Shown: positions 28,116 to 37,785, counted from the first letter of the stretch. The stretch: DNA of 64,000 bases from Elusimicrobiota bacterium (GCA_043827405.1 JBDRPD010000063.1:1-64000); one strand, 5' to 3'. Program-made: numbers and translations. Notes: generated from the sequence alone by a model not told the origin.

Positions 28116-30094
28116 CCCGCCTCCTCCTTGCTCGATGGCACCGTAACCACGATGTCCTTCTCCGCCGCCGGAAGGACGAAGTGGAACCGCGTGCCCTGCC
28201 CGGGAACAGACTCCAGCCAGATCCTGCCGCCGTGCTTGTCGATCACGGACTTGCAGATCGCCAGGCCCAGGCCCGTCCCGGGCGCCTTGATCGCCTGGCG
28301 GTTCGCCGCCCGATAGAACTTCTCGAAAACATGCTCCTGGTCCGCCTCGGGAATGCCGATGCCGGTATCGCTGACCGTCGTCTCCAGGCAGTCTCCCTTG
28401 CTGGCGAGCGTTATCGTCACCTCGCCCCGGTCCGGCGTAAACTTCAAAGCGTTGGAGAGCAGGTTGTTGAAGACATGCTTGAGCCACTCGTCGTTGCCGA
28501 GCGCGCGCGGGAGCAGCGGCGGCGTCTCCAGCACCAGGCGCACGCCCTTATTGTCCGCGATGTAGCGGTGGTTTTCCACCGCCAAGCGCGCCGCCTTCTC
28601 GAGATCCACCCCGCTCATTTCGATCTCCAGACCGCGCTCGAGCCGCGACATGTCCAGCATGTCATTGACCAATGAGGAGAGCCGCTCGGAGGCCGAATTA
28701 ATGATCTTTAAAAATCGCTTTTGCTCCTCGTTCAGGGGTCCGACCTCCTGATCCAGCAGCACGGTAACGAAACCCTTGATCGACGTCAGCGGCGTTTTGA
28801 ATTCATGGCTGACGGTGGACACAAAGTCGTCCTTCATGCGGTGCAGCTCCGCCAGCTCGCGGTTGGTGTCCGCGAGCTTCTCGGCCAGCATCACGCTCTC
28901 CACCAGCACGGCGGCCTCCTCCGCGATCACGCGCACCAGCTTGAGGTCGTCGGGAGTAAAGCGGTCGCGCTCGTAACAGCCGACGCGCATGACCCCCTTG
29001 CGCTTGCCCTCCATCACCAGCGGCACGACCATGAGCGAATGGCACTTCCACAGCCGGGCGAAATGCGCGATAACCTGGGGATCGTTCTGCGCGTCGCCGG
29101 TCATGAAATGCTTGCCGGTCTTGAAGACCCGCACCGATGAGGCGTCGTCGTTATCGAGGGAAATGCGGTACAGGGAGCCCTCGTCGCCGAGCACGCCGTA
29201 GGCCCCGGGCTGGGTCACGAGCTCTCCGGTGGTCTCGTCGTAAAGCAGGAAGGCGCAGAGGTCCGACTCCAGCGTGCGCGCGACGATAGAGACGATCGAT
29301 TTCAGAATTTCCGCCTGGTCCAGGTGTTCGGAAATCGCGTCGGTGATTTCCTCCAGCGTATTCATCTCTTTGGCCCGCCGGATCAGCTTAAGGTTGGTTT
29401 CGTCGAGCCGCGCCATGGTCACGCTCAGCCCGCCCTCGAGCTGTTCGCGCGCCTGATTAAGCTCCCAGAGATGCACCGCGCGGTCCGCCAGCGAGCCGAT
29501 ATAGGCCGCCAGCAAATCCGGGACATCGCTGCGGCCGGCGCGATCCTGCGCGGTATCGGGGTCGGGCAGCATGACGAGGACGCCCCACAGCTTCTCCATG
29601 GTTCCCCACGGCAAAGTCCGCGCCGCGCGCATATTAGCGGGACCGAAGGCCCGGGCCAGAGCCCGGGGCAGCCCGGCGTCTCCGTCGACGCCGGCGGCGC
29701 TTTGGAATACCCGCTCCCAGAGGTCCTCGGCAAGCGTCAGCTCGCCGGCCTCCAGGTTCTCCAGCATGCCGGTGCGGCATACCAGCTCGCCCGCGGTCGC
29801 GGAAAAAGCCCCGACGGTCGAGCGCCGCATCCAGATGAACAGATGATAGCCGCCGCAGTGGGCGTGGAAGCGGTCCGCGGCGTACTGGACGGAGTCGACA
29901 AAAGCCTGCGGCGTGGCCGGCACGCGATGCGCGCGCAGCATTTCCTGCGCGAACGCCTTGTGCCGCGCGGCCTGACGACGCGCGGCCCGCAGCTCCTTCT
30001 CCAGCGGCAGGACCTTCATAAACTGCAGATACCAGTAGGCGCCGACCGCCACCGCCGCCATCACGAACACCAGAACGAAGACATCCTGCATCAT
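28112..30094 (-). CDS. GAF-domain sensor histidine kinase
   Basis: N-terminal TM, GAF domain, H-box VSHEFKTPL, NLLSNA, DTGIG, GTGLGL. Start at the ATGA overlap at 30094. Confidence 0.92.
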   Translation of the reverse strand: MMQDVFVLVFVMAAVAVGAYWYLQFMKVLPLEKELRAARRQAARHKAFAQEMLRAHRVPATPQAFVDSVQYAADRFHAHCGGYHLFIWMRRSTVGAFSATAGELVCRTGMLENLEAGELTLAEDLWERVFQSAAGVDGDAGLPRALARAFGPANMRAARTLPWGTMEKLWGVLVMLPDPDTAQDRAGRSDVPDLLAAYIGSLADRAVHLWELNQAREQLEGGLSVTMARLDETNLKLIRRAKEMNTLEEITDAISEHLDQAEILKSIVSIVARTLESDLCAFLLYDETTGELVTQPGAYGVLGDEGSLYRISLDNDDASSVRVFKTGKHFMTGDAQNDPQVIAHFARLWKCHSLMVVPLVMEGKRKGVMRVGCYERDRFTPDDLKLVRVIAEEAAVLVESVMLAEKLADTNRELAELHRMKDDFVSTVSHEFKTPLTSIKGFVTVLLDQEVGPLNEEQKRFLKIINSASERLSSLVNDMLDMSRLERGLEIEMSGVDLEKAARLAVENHRYIADNKGVRLVLETPPLLPRALGNDEWLKHVFNNLLSNALKFTPDRGEVTITLASKGDCLETTVSDTGIGIPEADQEHVFEKFYRAANRQAIKAPGTGLGLAICKSVIDKHGGRIWLESVPGQGTRFHFVLPAAEKDIVVTVPSSKEEAG

Positions 30095-31848
30095 GCGGCC
30101 GCTCCCGGCGCCGGCATCATGTCCAGGTAGAGCTGGGTATGCGCCGCCGAGTCCTTCAGGCGCTGAAAGCTCAGCCAGCCCAGCTCGACCGGTCCATCGC
30201 ACAGCAGGTGCGAGACCGCGTAGTAGAAATCGCTTTCATGCTCGGCGAGGCCGCTGCCCGGCGGCGGCCCCAGCACGATCGCGCCGTACGGCAGCTCGCT
30301 CAAGCACTCGCCGGCGACCGAGAACGGCGCCGCCGACGGAGGATCGAGCGCATAGGCCGATTTGCCGGCCAGCGCAAAAGGAAACGGCCACTTGCCGCGC
30401 CGCGCCGCCTCGAACATCTGCTGCCAGGCCCAGTCGGCATGGACCTCATGGCCGGCGGGGAAAAAGACGCGCACCGGGAAGTTCCCCGGCGGCGGCGGCC
30501 GCACGCGGGTCAGCGCCGCCTTCAGCTCCTCGGCCGGGGGAACGCCCGCGCCTTCCCCCACACCGAACAGCACCGAAGACGCTTCCATCAGCGTCGTATC
30601 CAGTCCGCCGACCTTGCGCAGCGCGATGAGCTTGAGCAGGCGGCCGGCATGACGCCGCAGATTGTCGAAATCCTTGACGGCAGGGGTGACGAACAGGGCG
30701 TGACCGGTGGATTCCTCGTTGAAGCCGCAGCGCTTAAGCACCTTGCCCACGATCTGCGTGCGGGAGCTCTCGCCGACCTTCTTGATCTCCACGGCATGTC
30801 CCGCATGGAACTTGAACTGCAGGGCTTCGTCGAGCCCGCCCAGGAGCTTCTGCGAGTACACCGAGGCCAGCACGATCTGCTTCTCGGCGCTGCTGAAGAG
30901 GCTGACGATATCGGCGAGCGCCTGGCGATTCTGCTCCGTCACCCCCATCAGATGCACGTCGTCGATGATCAGCGTTTTCGCTTGCTGCGCGAAATCGGTA
31001 AGCTCCGCGATGCGGGCGCCCTGCTGGGCCGCTTCGACCGCGCGCGCCAAGCGGGCCCCCGAGGTCATGAGCACCGGCTCATCCGGCGATTGCTCCTGCA
31101 GCTTGATGGCCAGAGCGTTGAGCATATGGCTCTTGCCGGAGCCGGGCGGTCCGCTGATATAAAGCGGATTATACATCGCTCCCGGGCTGGCCATTACCGA
31201 CATAACAGCCGCATGGGTGAACCGGTTGAATGCTCCGACCGCGAGCTCCTCCAGGGACTGGCCCATGTTTAGACCGATCAGGACCCCGCATAGCGGCGCC
31301 TGGGCGGGGTGTACGCGCGCCGGGGGCGCTATGACGCCCGGCTGTTCGGCGGCCGGCGGCGGCGGGGTCGGGGTCTGCGTCGGCGGAGCGAAGGGATCCA
31401 CCGAGCCCGGCGGAGCTTCGACGACCGGAGCGGGCGGAATTTCGACGGCCGGCGGCGGCGGGACTTCGACGGCGGGCGCCGGCGGGACTTCGACGGCGGG
31501 CGCCGGCTCGGGCGCGAGCTCTCCCGCCGGCGGGGACTCAAGCACCTTGTCGGCTTCGGCGGGCGCCGGCTCCGTTCTTCCGTTGGCGGGCGCCGCGTCC
31601 TCGATCTTCTCGCCGCCCATCGACTTGAGCTCGGACTCCAGCTCGGTGATTCGCTCGGCGGTGGCGCTGTGCAGATAAAGCTGATAGTTGAACTGCGAAT
31701 CGCCGTGCTCCTTCTTCGGCCGGCCGCACATGGCGCCGAAACGCCGGACCAGAGAATGCACGTCCTTGAGCGCTCCCTTCACCTGCAGCAGCCGGCGGTC
31801 CGGGTCTTTCGCGGTCGGTGCGTCATTGATGCGCCAGCGGCTCAGCAT
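30091..31848 (-). CDS. DnaA/Hda-like AAA+ ATPase domain protein (not the replication initiator)
   Basis: VGAFNR, YNPLYISGPPGSGKSH, LIIDDVH; Pro-rich linker; no recognisable DnaA domain I or IV. Confidence 0.8.
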   Translation of the reverse strand: MLSRWRINDAPTAKDPDRRLLQVKGALKDVHSLVRRFGAMCGRPKKEHGDSQFNYQLYLHSATAERITELESELKSMGGEKIEDAAPANGRTEPAPAEADKVLESPPAGELAPEPAPAVEVPPAPAVEVPPPPAVEIPPAPVVEAPPGSVDPFAPPTQTPTPPPPAAEQPGVIAPPARVHPAQAPLCGVLIGLNMGQSLEELAVGAFNRFTHAAVMSVMASPGAMYNPLYISGPPGSGKSHMLNALAIKLQEQSPDEPVLMTSGARLARAVEAAQQGARIAELTDFAQQAKTLIIDDVHLMGVTEQNRQALADIVSLFSSAEKQIVLASVYSQKLLGGLDEALQFKFHAGHAVEIKKVGESSRTQIVGKVLKRCGFNEESTGHALFVTPAVKDFDNLRRHAGRLLKLIALRKVGGLDTTLMEASSVLFGVGEGAGVPPAEELKAALTRVRPPPPGNFPVRVFFPAGHEVHADWAWQQMFEAARRGKWPFPFALAGKSAYALDPPSAAPFSVAGECLSELPYGAIVLGPPPGSGLAEHESDFYYAVSHLLCDGPVELGWLSFQRLKDSAAHTQLYLDMMPAPGAAA

Positions 31849-31849
31849 A

Positions 31850-33157
31850 TCAACCGGCCTTCAAGAGCATCATATCAACGACCAAATCGATCGCCGCGAC
31901 GCGCTTGCCCACTTCTTCAGGCTTAATGGTCCGAAAAAAGACATCCTCCTCGTCAAACAGCTCGTCGGTGGCGCTGATCAAATCATCGGGGACGCCCTCC
32001 AGCAGGCCGAGCGCCCCAACCGCATGCGACGCCTTCACCGCCTCCAGGATTTCCCGCGGCGCCATCCCCGGCACGATCACGAGGATCGCCGCGGTGTGCA
32101 CATACAGCGGCTTCTTCGAAACCTTCTGCGCGACGTCAAAGATGAACTTGATGACCTTATTAAAATTGCCGGCGTACTGGGTGGAGAACAGAAAGGCGAT
32201 GCGGCGAATCTGCTCCGGCGGGACCTGCTTGTCGATCTCCTCTTCGATAAAGCCCGTCATTAGAGTCACCGGCACCAACCCCTTGTCGGGCATGGCGGGA
32301 GACGGTGCAGCGGCCGGCGGCGCTGCCGCGGCCTGTGCGGCGGCGGCCCTTTCCGCCGCGGCCTGCGCTGCGGCGGCCTTCTCCGCCATGGCCTTCTCCA
32401 CCGCAGCTTTCTCGGCGGCGGCTTTCTCCGCCATGGCTTTTTCTGCCGCGGCCTTCTCGGCGGCGGCTTTCTGCAGCGCGGCCTGTTCGGCGGCGGCTTT
32501 CTCCGCCGCGGCCTTCTCGGCGGCGGCGTTCTCCGCCGCGGCCTGCGCGGCGGCGGCCTTTTGCGCCGCGGCCTGCTCGGCGGCGGCTTTCCGCAGCGCG
32601 GCCTGCTCGGCGGCGGCCTTTTCCGCCGCGGCGATCTGCGCTGCGGCCTGCTCGGCCGAAACCGGCGGTGGTGCGGCGGCGCTTTCGGCCGCGCCCGGGG
32701 CGCCGGCGGCCTGCCCTGCCGCCGCCCGCCTCGCCGCCGCCGCCTTTTCGATCTTCGCCTTACGCCGCGCCGCGGCTCTCCGCTCGCCCTCGGCCAGCGC
32801 CCTGGCGAACTCCTCCTGCAGCCGCTGGTCTTCCTCGTCCACGTTGGCGGCTTGACCGAGCGCCGCCTGTTCAGCCGCCGCGGCCTGCTCAGCTGCGGCT
32901 TTCGCGGCGGCGGCATTCGCGGCGGCGAGCTTATCGGCGGCGACCTGTTCCGCCGCGACCTGCCGGGCGTCGGCCTGCTTTGCCGTCTGCTGCGCCGCCT
33001 CGAGCCCGGCGGTGAGGTTATCGCTGGCGACCAGCGGCGACGGCGCATCCGGCGTCGGCGCAGCGCCCTCGCTTACGGTGCTGAGTATGCCGTCGAGGTC
33101 GGAAAGGATATTCCGAATATCCTCATCCGATTCTCCCGGTCCGCCCTGCTCGGTCAC
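31850..33157 (-). CDS. Cytoplasmic Ala/Glu/Lys repeat (AAAEK) helical protein with globular C-terminal domain
   Basis: Translation shows tandem AAAEK/AAAEQ pentapeptides; no signal peptide or TM. Confidence 0.75.
   Translation of the reverse strand: MTEQGGPGESDEDIRNILSDLDGILSTVSEGAAPTPDAPSPLVASDNLTAGLEAAQQTAKQADARQVAAEQVAADKLAAANAAAAKAAAEQAAAAEQAALGQAANVDEEDQRLQEEFARALAEGERRAAARRKAKIEKAAAARRAAAGQAAGAPGAAESAAAPPPVSAEQAAAQIAAAEKAAAEQAALRKAAAEQAAAQKAAAAQAAAENAAAEKAAAEKAAAEQAALQKAAAEKAAAEKAMAEKAAAEKAAVEKAMAEKAAAAQAAAERAAAAQAAAAPPAAAPSPAMPDKGLVPVTLMTGFIEEEIDKQVPPEQIRRIAFLFSTQYAGNFNKVIKFIFDVAQKVSKKPLYVHTAAILVIVPGMAPREILEAVKASHAVGALGLLEGVPDDLISATDELFDEEDVFFRTIKPEEVGKRVAAIDLVVDMMLLKAG
32330..32655 (-). 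repeat. Degenerate 15-bp coding tandem repeat (AAAEK pentapeptide)
   Basis: Repeating gccgccgccgagaa(a/g)-like units on the minus strand. Confidence 0.8.
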
Positions 33158-34236
33158 TCCGTTTTCAGTCCTCCGGAACTCTTGATCTTGAGAGCGATAT
33201 CGTCGGGGTTGGTGGAGTTCTCCAGCGCCTCTCTTTCGCTGATCTTCCCTTCCTGCAGCAGGCGCAGCAGATCCGAATCGAAAGAGTGCATCCCGTACAG
33301 TCCGCCCGAATCCATCGCCTTATAAATTTCGGAGTTTTTACCCTCTACGATGTTGCGGCGGATGAGGCTGTTGACGACGAGAATCTCGGTCGCCGGGTAG
33401 CGGCCCCGGCCTTCTTTGGAGACGACGAGCCGCTGCGCCACCACACCCTTAAGAACCAAGGACAGCTGCTGGCGCACCTGCTTTTCATGCTGGGCGTCGA
33501 AACTGTCGACGATGCGATCGATGGTCTGCACGGCGTCCATGGTATGGACCGTAGAGAGGACCAGGTGGCCGGTCTCGGCCGCGGTGAGCGCGGCGTGGAT
33601 CGTCTCGCGGTCGCGCATCTCGCCGATCACCACGACATCCGGATCCTGGCGCAGGATATGCCGGAGCGCGTCGACGAAGGACTCGGTATCCCGGCCCACC
33701 TCCCGCTGCACGACCGAAGCCTTGATATCCTCATGGAAGTACTCGATCGGATCTTCAATAGTGATGATGCGGTCGCTCTTGCGCTCGTTGATATAGTGCA
33801 GAAAGCTGTTAAGCGACGTCGTCTTGCCGGCGCCGGTGATGCCCGCGAACAGGATAAGCCCGCGGCTTTCCTCGCCCAGCTTCTTCATCGCGTCCAACGG
33901 CAGATGCAGGTCCTCAAACGACATCACCGAATGCGGGACGACGCGCAGGCTCAGCGCCAGAGTCCCGCGCTGGCGAAACAGATTGACGCGAAAGCGCGAA
34001 ACGCCCTTGAGGCTGTAAGCCAAATCCATTTCCTTCTGCGACTTGAAGGCTTCCGCCTGCTCCGGGGTGAGGATGGTCCCCGCGATTTTCTCGATATCCT
34101 GCGCCGACAGCTTCTGCAGATTCACCGCGGGAACAAGGCGGCCGTTTATGCGCACCGCCGGATGGGCGTCGGCCTTGAAATGAATATCCGAGATTCCCTT
34201 ATCGACCATCAGCTTAAGAAGCGCACCTAAGTCCAT
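33154..34236 (-). CDS. pilT: PilT/PilU-family type IV pilus retraction ATPase
   Basis: SDIH, RFRVN, GITGAGKTT, TIEDPIEY, LRQDPDVVVIGEMRD, ETGHLVLSTVH. Confidence 0.9.
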   Translation of the reverse strand: MDLGALLKLMVDKGISDIHFKADAHPAVRINGRLVPAVNLQKLSAQDIEKIAGTILTPEQAEAFKSQKEMDLAYSLKGVSRFRVNLFRQRGTLALSLRVVPHSVMSFEDLHLPLDAMKKLGEESRGLILFAGITGAGKTTSLNSFLHYINERKSDRIITIEDPIEYFHEDIKASVVQREVGRDTESFVDALRHILRQDPDVVVIGEMRDRETIHAALTAAETGHLVLSTVHTMDAVQTIDRIVDSFDAQHEKQVRQQLSLVLKGVVAQRLVVSKEGRGRYPATEILVVNSLIRRNIVEGKNSEIYKAMDSGGLYGMHSFDSDLLRLLQEGKISEREALENSTNPDDIALKIKSSGGLKTE

Positions 34237-34267
34237 AACTATTCCTCCGCGATATCGATATACGGCA

Positions 34268-34295
34268 ACAATAGCCCGACCCTCACAACTGTCAA
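34268..34295 (-). promoter_or_regulatory. Probable promoter of the pilT operon
   Basis: TTGACA (34290-34295), 16 nt, TATTGT (34268-34273); GGAGG RBS downstream. Confidence 0.5.
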
Positions 34296-34305
34296 TAATG
34301 ACGAA

Positions 34306-34557
34306 TTATGAAGGAGATCGGACGATCCGGATGCCCTTTAAGGCCAGCCAATCCTGGGCCAGCGGGCTGACGATCGCGTCTTGAGGTATTGTAAGGAGTT
34401 GCGTACCCGGAGTCAACGTCTTTTTGATCTCATACTCCGTCAGAAAACGGCGTCCTTTCAGGTCGGGGATGCGCGGGAACGCCCCTCCCCCGCTTCCGGG
34501 GGAGGAGGGCGCGATATGACGCCGGAGGGTATCCAATAAGTCGCTGTGCTTGAACAT
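34306..34557 (-). CDS. Small BMC-locus accessory protein
   Basis: FLTEYEI...AIVSPLAQDWL..KGIRI motif resembles small domains found in microcompartment loci. Confidence 0.65.
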   Translation of the reverse strand: MFKHSDLLDTLRRHIAPSSPGSGGGAFPRIPDLKGRRFLTEYEIKKTLTPGTQLLTIPQDAIVSPLAQDWLALKGIRIVRSPS

Positions 34558-34578
34558 GACGCGGACCGCGGTCCGTTC

Positions 34579-34872
34579 TTACACGCTTATCGAAATCTTC
34601 TTTAAATACTTCTCTAAATCGTCTGCCGGCCGCGGAATCACATGAACCGCCACCAACTCGCCGACCCGCTGCGCGGCGGAGGCTCCCGCATCGACCGCGG
34701 CACGCACCGCGCCGACTTCGCCGCGGCACAATGTCGTCACCAGCCCGGACCCGATGCGCTCATAGCCCAGCATCCGCACCTTGGCCGCCTTGGCCATGGC
34801 GTCGGTCGCTTCTATCATGCCGATGAATCCCTTGGTTTCGACCAATCCCAGCGCTTCCTTCATTTCTGCCAT
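34579..34872 (-). CDS. BMC-H hexameric shell protein
   Basis: [20 protein letters not shown]...GSG...[10 protein letters not shown]...HVIPRP. Confidence 0.95.
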   Translation of the reverse strand: MAEMKEALGLVETKGFIGMIEATDAMAKAAKVRMLGYERIGSGLVTTLCRGEVGAVRAAVDAGASAAQRVGELVAVHVIPRPADDLEKYLKKISISV

Positions 34873-34883
34873 GTCACACCCTC

Positions 34884-35174
34884 TCAGTGTTTATAGGACG
34901 AGCCGTCGCTTGCCGCCTCTTCCTTAAGCTCGATCTCCAGTTCCGCCTTGCAGTACGGGCAGTGCTTGGCCGGCGTATAGGTGCGGACGCATTCATTGTC
35001 GCCCGGCCACCATTCCTCGAAAAACATATCCGCCTTCTTCTTGCAGGGACGGCAGTAGCGGTCGTAGGACGCGCCGCAGCAGGCGCAGTACCGCGGCGAA
35101 CTGCCGCCGCGGTGATTGAGCGAGCCGCAGGCCCCGCATTGAAAATCAATATGGATGAGGACCTTCTTCTTCAC
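34884..35174 (-). CDS. Double zinc-ribbon small protein
   Basis: Four CxxC motifs (CGAC, CACC, CRPC, CPYC); fills the gap between deoC and BMC-H. Confidence 0.6.
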   Translation of the reverse strand: MKKKVLIHIDFQCGACGSLNHRGGSSPRYCACCGASYDRYCRPCKKKADMFFEEWWPGDNECVRTYTPAKHCPYCKAELEIELKEEAASDGSSYKH

Positions 35175-35175
35175 C

Positions 35176-36198
35176 TCAGTAACCCTTATTGCCCGTCGGT
35201 TTGGCGTCGGTGACGATCGCCACGCTCGCCGACGTGCCCAGGCGCGTGGCGCCGGCCTCGATCATCTTGCGGGCGTCGTTGGTGTCGCGGATGCCGCCGG
35301 AGGCCTTGACGCCCATGCGGGGGCCGACGGTGCGGCGCATCAGACGCACGTCCTCGACGGTGGCGCCGCCGGGCCCGAAGCCGGTCGAGGTCTTGACGAA
35401 ATCGGCGCCGATCTCCTTGCACATGACGCAGGCGCGCTCCTTTTCGGAATCGTTGAGCAGCGCCGTCTCCAAAATCACTTTAAGCACCTTGCCCCGCGTC
35501 GCCTCGCGCACGGCGCGGATATCATCGCGCACCAGCGCATCGTTGCCGGACTTGAGCGCGCCGACATTGATGACCATGTCGATCTCGTGCGCGCCGTTGG
35601 CGATGGCGTCGCGCGCCTCGATCGCCTTGACGGTCGGCGTAGTCGAGCCCAGCGGAAAGCCGACCACCGTGCAGACCTTGACGCCGGAGCCGCCGAGCAG
35701 CCGCGCCGCCAGCGCGACATAGCTCGGGTTCACGCATACCGAAGCGAAGCAGTAGTTGCGCGCGTCGTCGCACAGCTTGGCCACCTGCTCCTGGGTCGCG
35801 CCGGGCTTGAGCAGGGTGTGGTCCACGATGTTCGCGATCTCGTTGCAGTTCTTGGTCGGATGGCAGACGCCGATGCGGTCGGCGCCGATATCCCGCAGCT
35901 GGCCCGGGTTGAGCCCGCCGACGGCGGCGCAGTGCGGGCAGTCCGCGGCATGGGTGTGGTCATGCTCCTGCGCCCGGAAGGGCTCAGGTGCGGCGGCGGG
36001 CGCGGCATTGCCGCCGATTTTCGCAGGCGACCACTCTTCACTGAATATTTTTCTCGCCGGCGCCCCGCCGGCGCAGGGCTTGCCTGCGGCTCCGGACGCC
36101 GGACAGCAGCTGCAGTCGCCGCCGGCCTTCAGCAGTCCTTTTTCCGCGAGCACGCGGACAACGGTTTCCACCACCAGCTTAATATCGTTCTCATGCAT
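35176..36198 (-). CDS. deoC: Deoxyribose-phosphate aldolase with N-terminal encapsulation peptide and Cys/His-rich extension
   Basis: DHTLLKP, VGFPLG, EIDMV, KVILET, FVKTSTG, VKASGG; N-terminal [15 protein letters not shown]. Confidence 0.95.
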   Translation of the reverse strand: MHENDIKLVVETVVRVLAEKGLLKAGGDCSCCPASGAAGKPCAGGAPARKIFSEEWSPAKIGGNAAPAAAPEPFRAQEHDHTHAADCPHCAAVGGLNPGQLRDIGADRIGVCHPTKNCNEIANIVDHTLLKPGATQEQVAKLCDDARNYCFASVCVNPSYVALAARLLGGSGVKVCTVVGFPLGSTTPTVKAIEARDAIANGAHEIDMVINVGALKSGNDALVRDDIRAVREATRGKVLKVILETALLNDSEKERACVMCKEIGADFVKTSTGFGPGGATVEDVRLMRRTVGPRMGVKASGGIRDTNDARKMIEAGATRLGTSASVAIVTDAKPTGNKGY

Positions 36199-36487
36199 AG
36201 CGTTTCACTTTCCCCCGCATCGTCGCCGTATCGATGATGCCGCAGATAACCGTCCGTACCGGAGCGCCCTGATCGTCCAGGATCTGGCGCGCCGAGCCGC
36301 CCTCGTCGATGACGAGCACCACGCTTCCGGGGCCGGCGCCGACGCCGCCGTCCAGCGCCATGACCGCCTCGCCCAAAGGCTCCTCGGTCACGGGATGGAT
36401 CGGCCGCACCAGCAGCAGCACCCGGCCGTCGAGGCTCGGATGCTTGTACTGCCCCCAGACATTGCCCACGACCTCGCCGACGAACAC
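36191..36487 (-). CDS. BMC-P (EutN/CcmL) pentameric vertex protein
   Basis: VVGNVW..K...LDG..LLLVRP...ALDG.VGAGPG..VL...G.SAR...ICGIID. Confidence 0.92.
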   Translation of the reverse strand: MFVGEVVGNVWGQYKHPSLDGRVLLLVRPIHPVTEEPLGEAVMALDGGVGAGPGSVVLVIDEGGSARQILDDQGAPVRTVICGIIDTATMRGKVKRYA

Positions 36488-36780
36488 TAGGCCTTCTCCG
36501 TACGCTGGCGAAATTCCTTCACCTGATGCCCCTCAATGATGCCGATGACGGCCGCGTCGACCGGCGGCAGATCGTCGAACGCCACCGCCGCCTCGCGCGA
36601 CGCCACCCAGTACACGAACTCCGAGGAGCCCGAGCCGCAGGCGTCGGCCGCCACGATGGGCCCGCCGCGCTCCTTGCCGTCTTCCCAGGCCAGGGGCTGG
36701 ATCAGCAGCAGCCTTTTGCAGTCCAGAGTCTCATATTGCCGGGTGCAGAAGACGCGGCCGATGATCCGGGCGCATTTCAT
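36487..36780 (-). CDS. BMC-P (EutN/CcmL) pentameric vertex protein
   Basis: ARIIGRV...RLLLIQP...AAD.CGSG..E.V...REA...VDAAVIGIIE; ATGA-coupled start at 36780. Confidence 0.88.
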   Translation of the reverse strand: MKCARIIGRVFCTRQYETLDCKRLLLIQPLAWEDGKERGGPIVAADACGSGSSEFVYWVASREAAVAFDDLPPVDAAVIGIIEGHQVKEFRQRTEKA

Positions 36781-37229
36781 CGGGAATACTTGGCCTCGAT
36801 AGCGGCGATTTTGGCCAGCCGCCGCTCGTTTCTTTCCCCGCCGAAGCGGGCGGTAAAAAATACCGTCAAAATCTCCTGGATAGCGAGTTCGCCGTGGGTC
36901 TTGCCGCCGAGGCACAGCACATTGGCGTCGTCATGCTCCATGGCGAAGCGCGCGCTCACCGAGTTGTAGGCGGCTACCGCGCGCACGCCGGGAATCTTAT
37001 TGGCGGCCAGGGCCACGGCGCCGCCGAAGCCGTCGAAGAGCACCGAGCGCTCGAACTCGCCCGCCGCCACGGCCTCGCCCACCAGCTGGGCGATGTCGGG
37101 ATAGTCGATCGCGGCGGTGGAATAACAGCCGAAATCCGTAACCTCATGACCCATCCCCTGCAGAAACTTCTTGGCCTTCTCCTTGGCCTCAAAGCCGCCG
37201 TGATCGGAGCCGATGACTATCCGCATCAC
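36777..37229 (-). CDS. rpiB: Ribose-5-phosphate isomerase B family
   Basis: IVIGSDHGG, DYPD, ANKIPGVRA, HDDANVLCLG. Confidence 0.92.
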   Translation of the reverse strand: MMRIVIGSDHGGFEAKEKAKKFLQGMGHEVTDFGCYSTAAIDYPDIAQLVGEAVAAGEFERSVLFDGFGGAVALAANKIPGVRAVAAYNSVSARFAMEHDDANVLCLGGKTHGELAIQEILTVFFTARFGGERNERRLAKIAAIEAKYSR

Positions 37230-37777
37230 TGCCCCATCGTCTTGAGCAGCTGCGCGTCGGGCTGCGGGATAACGACATGCTTAATCAGCATGCCGTCCGG
37301 CACCACCTGAATCCCCGCGCCCACCGCCGTGCGCACGGAGCCGACGTCGCCGGTCATGGAAACATAGCCCTTGCCGCCGGGCAGCACGGCCTTGACGTCG
37401 ATCAGGTGCACCTTGGCCGACTTGGCGGCCGCATCGGCGGCCTGGATCACGGCGACCGCGTCCTTGGTCTCGATGAGGCCGAGAGCGTCGAGCTGCTTTA
37501 CCGTGCGGCGCTTGTCCAGCGCCTCAAGGACGTCCCGGTGCACGTTGCGGATGATGAAATGATGGATCAAGGTACCGCCCACCATCTCGAGGCCGGCGCG
37601 CATGGACGACTCGATCTCCGCGACCGGGCCGGAGATTAGGATAATGTACTTGCCGCGAGCGATCACCTGCGCCTTCACCAGCTCGACCTGCGCCATCTTG
37701 CACATGGCGTCGGAGGCTTCCACGCCCAGCGCGATCGAGGAGTTTTCCAGTAGTCCGATGGCGATATTGGCTTGCAT
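37226..37777 (-). CDS. BMC-T tandem-domain shell protein (PduT-like)
   Basis: Two BMC domains: AIGLLENSSIA.G..ASDAMCK and ALGLIET...AADAAAKSA...GGKG...GDVGSV; start at 37777. Confidence 0.9.
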   Translation of the reverse strand: MQANIAIGLLENSSIALGVEASDAMCKMAQVELVKAQVIARGKYIILISGPVAEIESSMRAGLEMVGGTLIHHFIIRNVHRDVLEALDKRRTVKQLDALGLIETKDAVAVIQAADAAAKSAKVHLIDVKAVLPGGKGYVSMTGDVGSVRTAVGAGIQVVPDGMLIKHVVIPQPDAQLLKTMGQ

Positions 37778-37785
37778 CCTTCCCC

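Noticed and set aside
30091..31848. True dnaA and oriC
   Set aside because: No domain IV, no dnaN, recF or gyrB neighbours, and no DnaA-box cluster seen.
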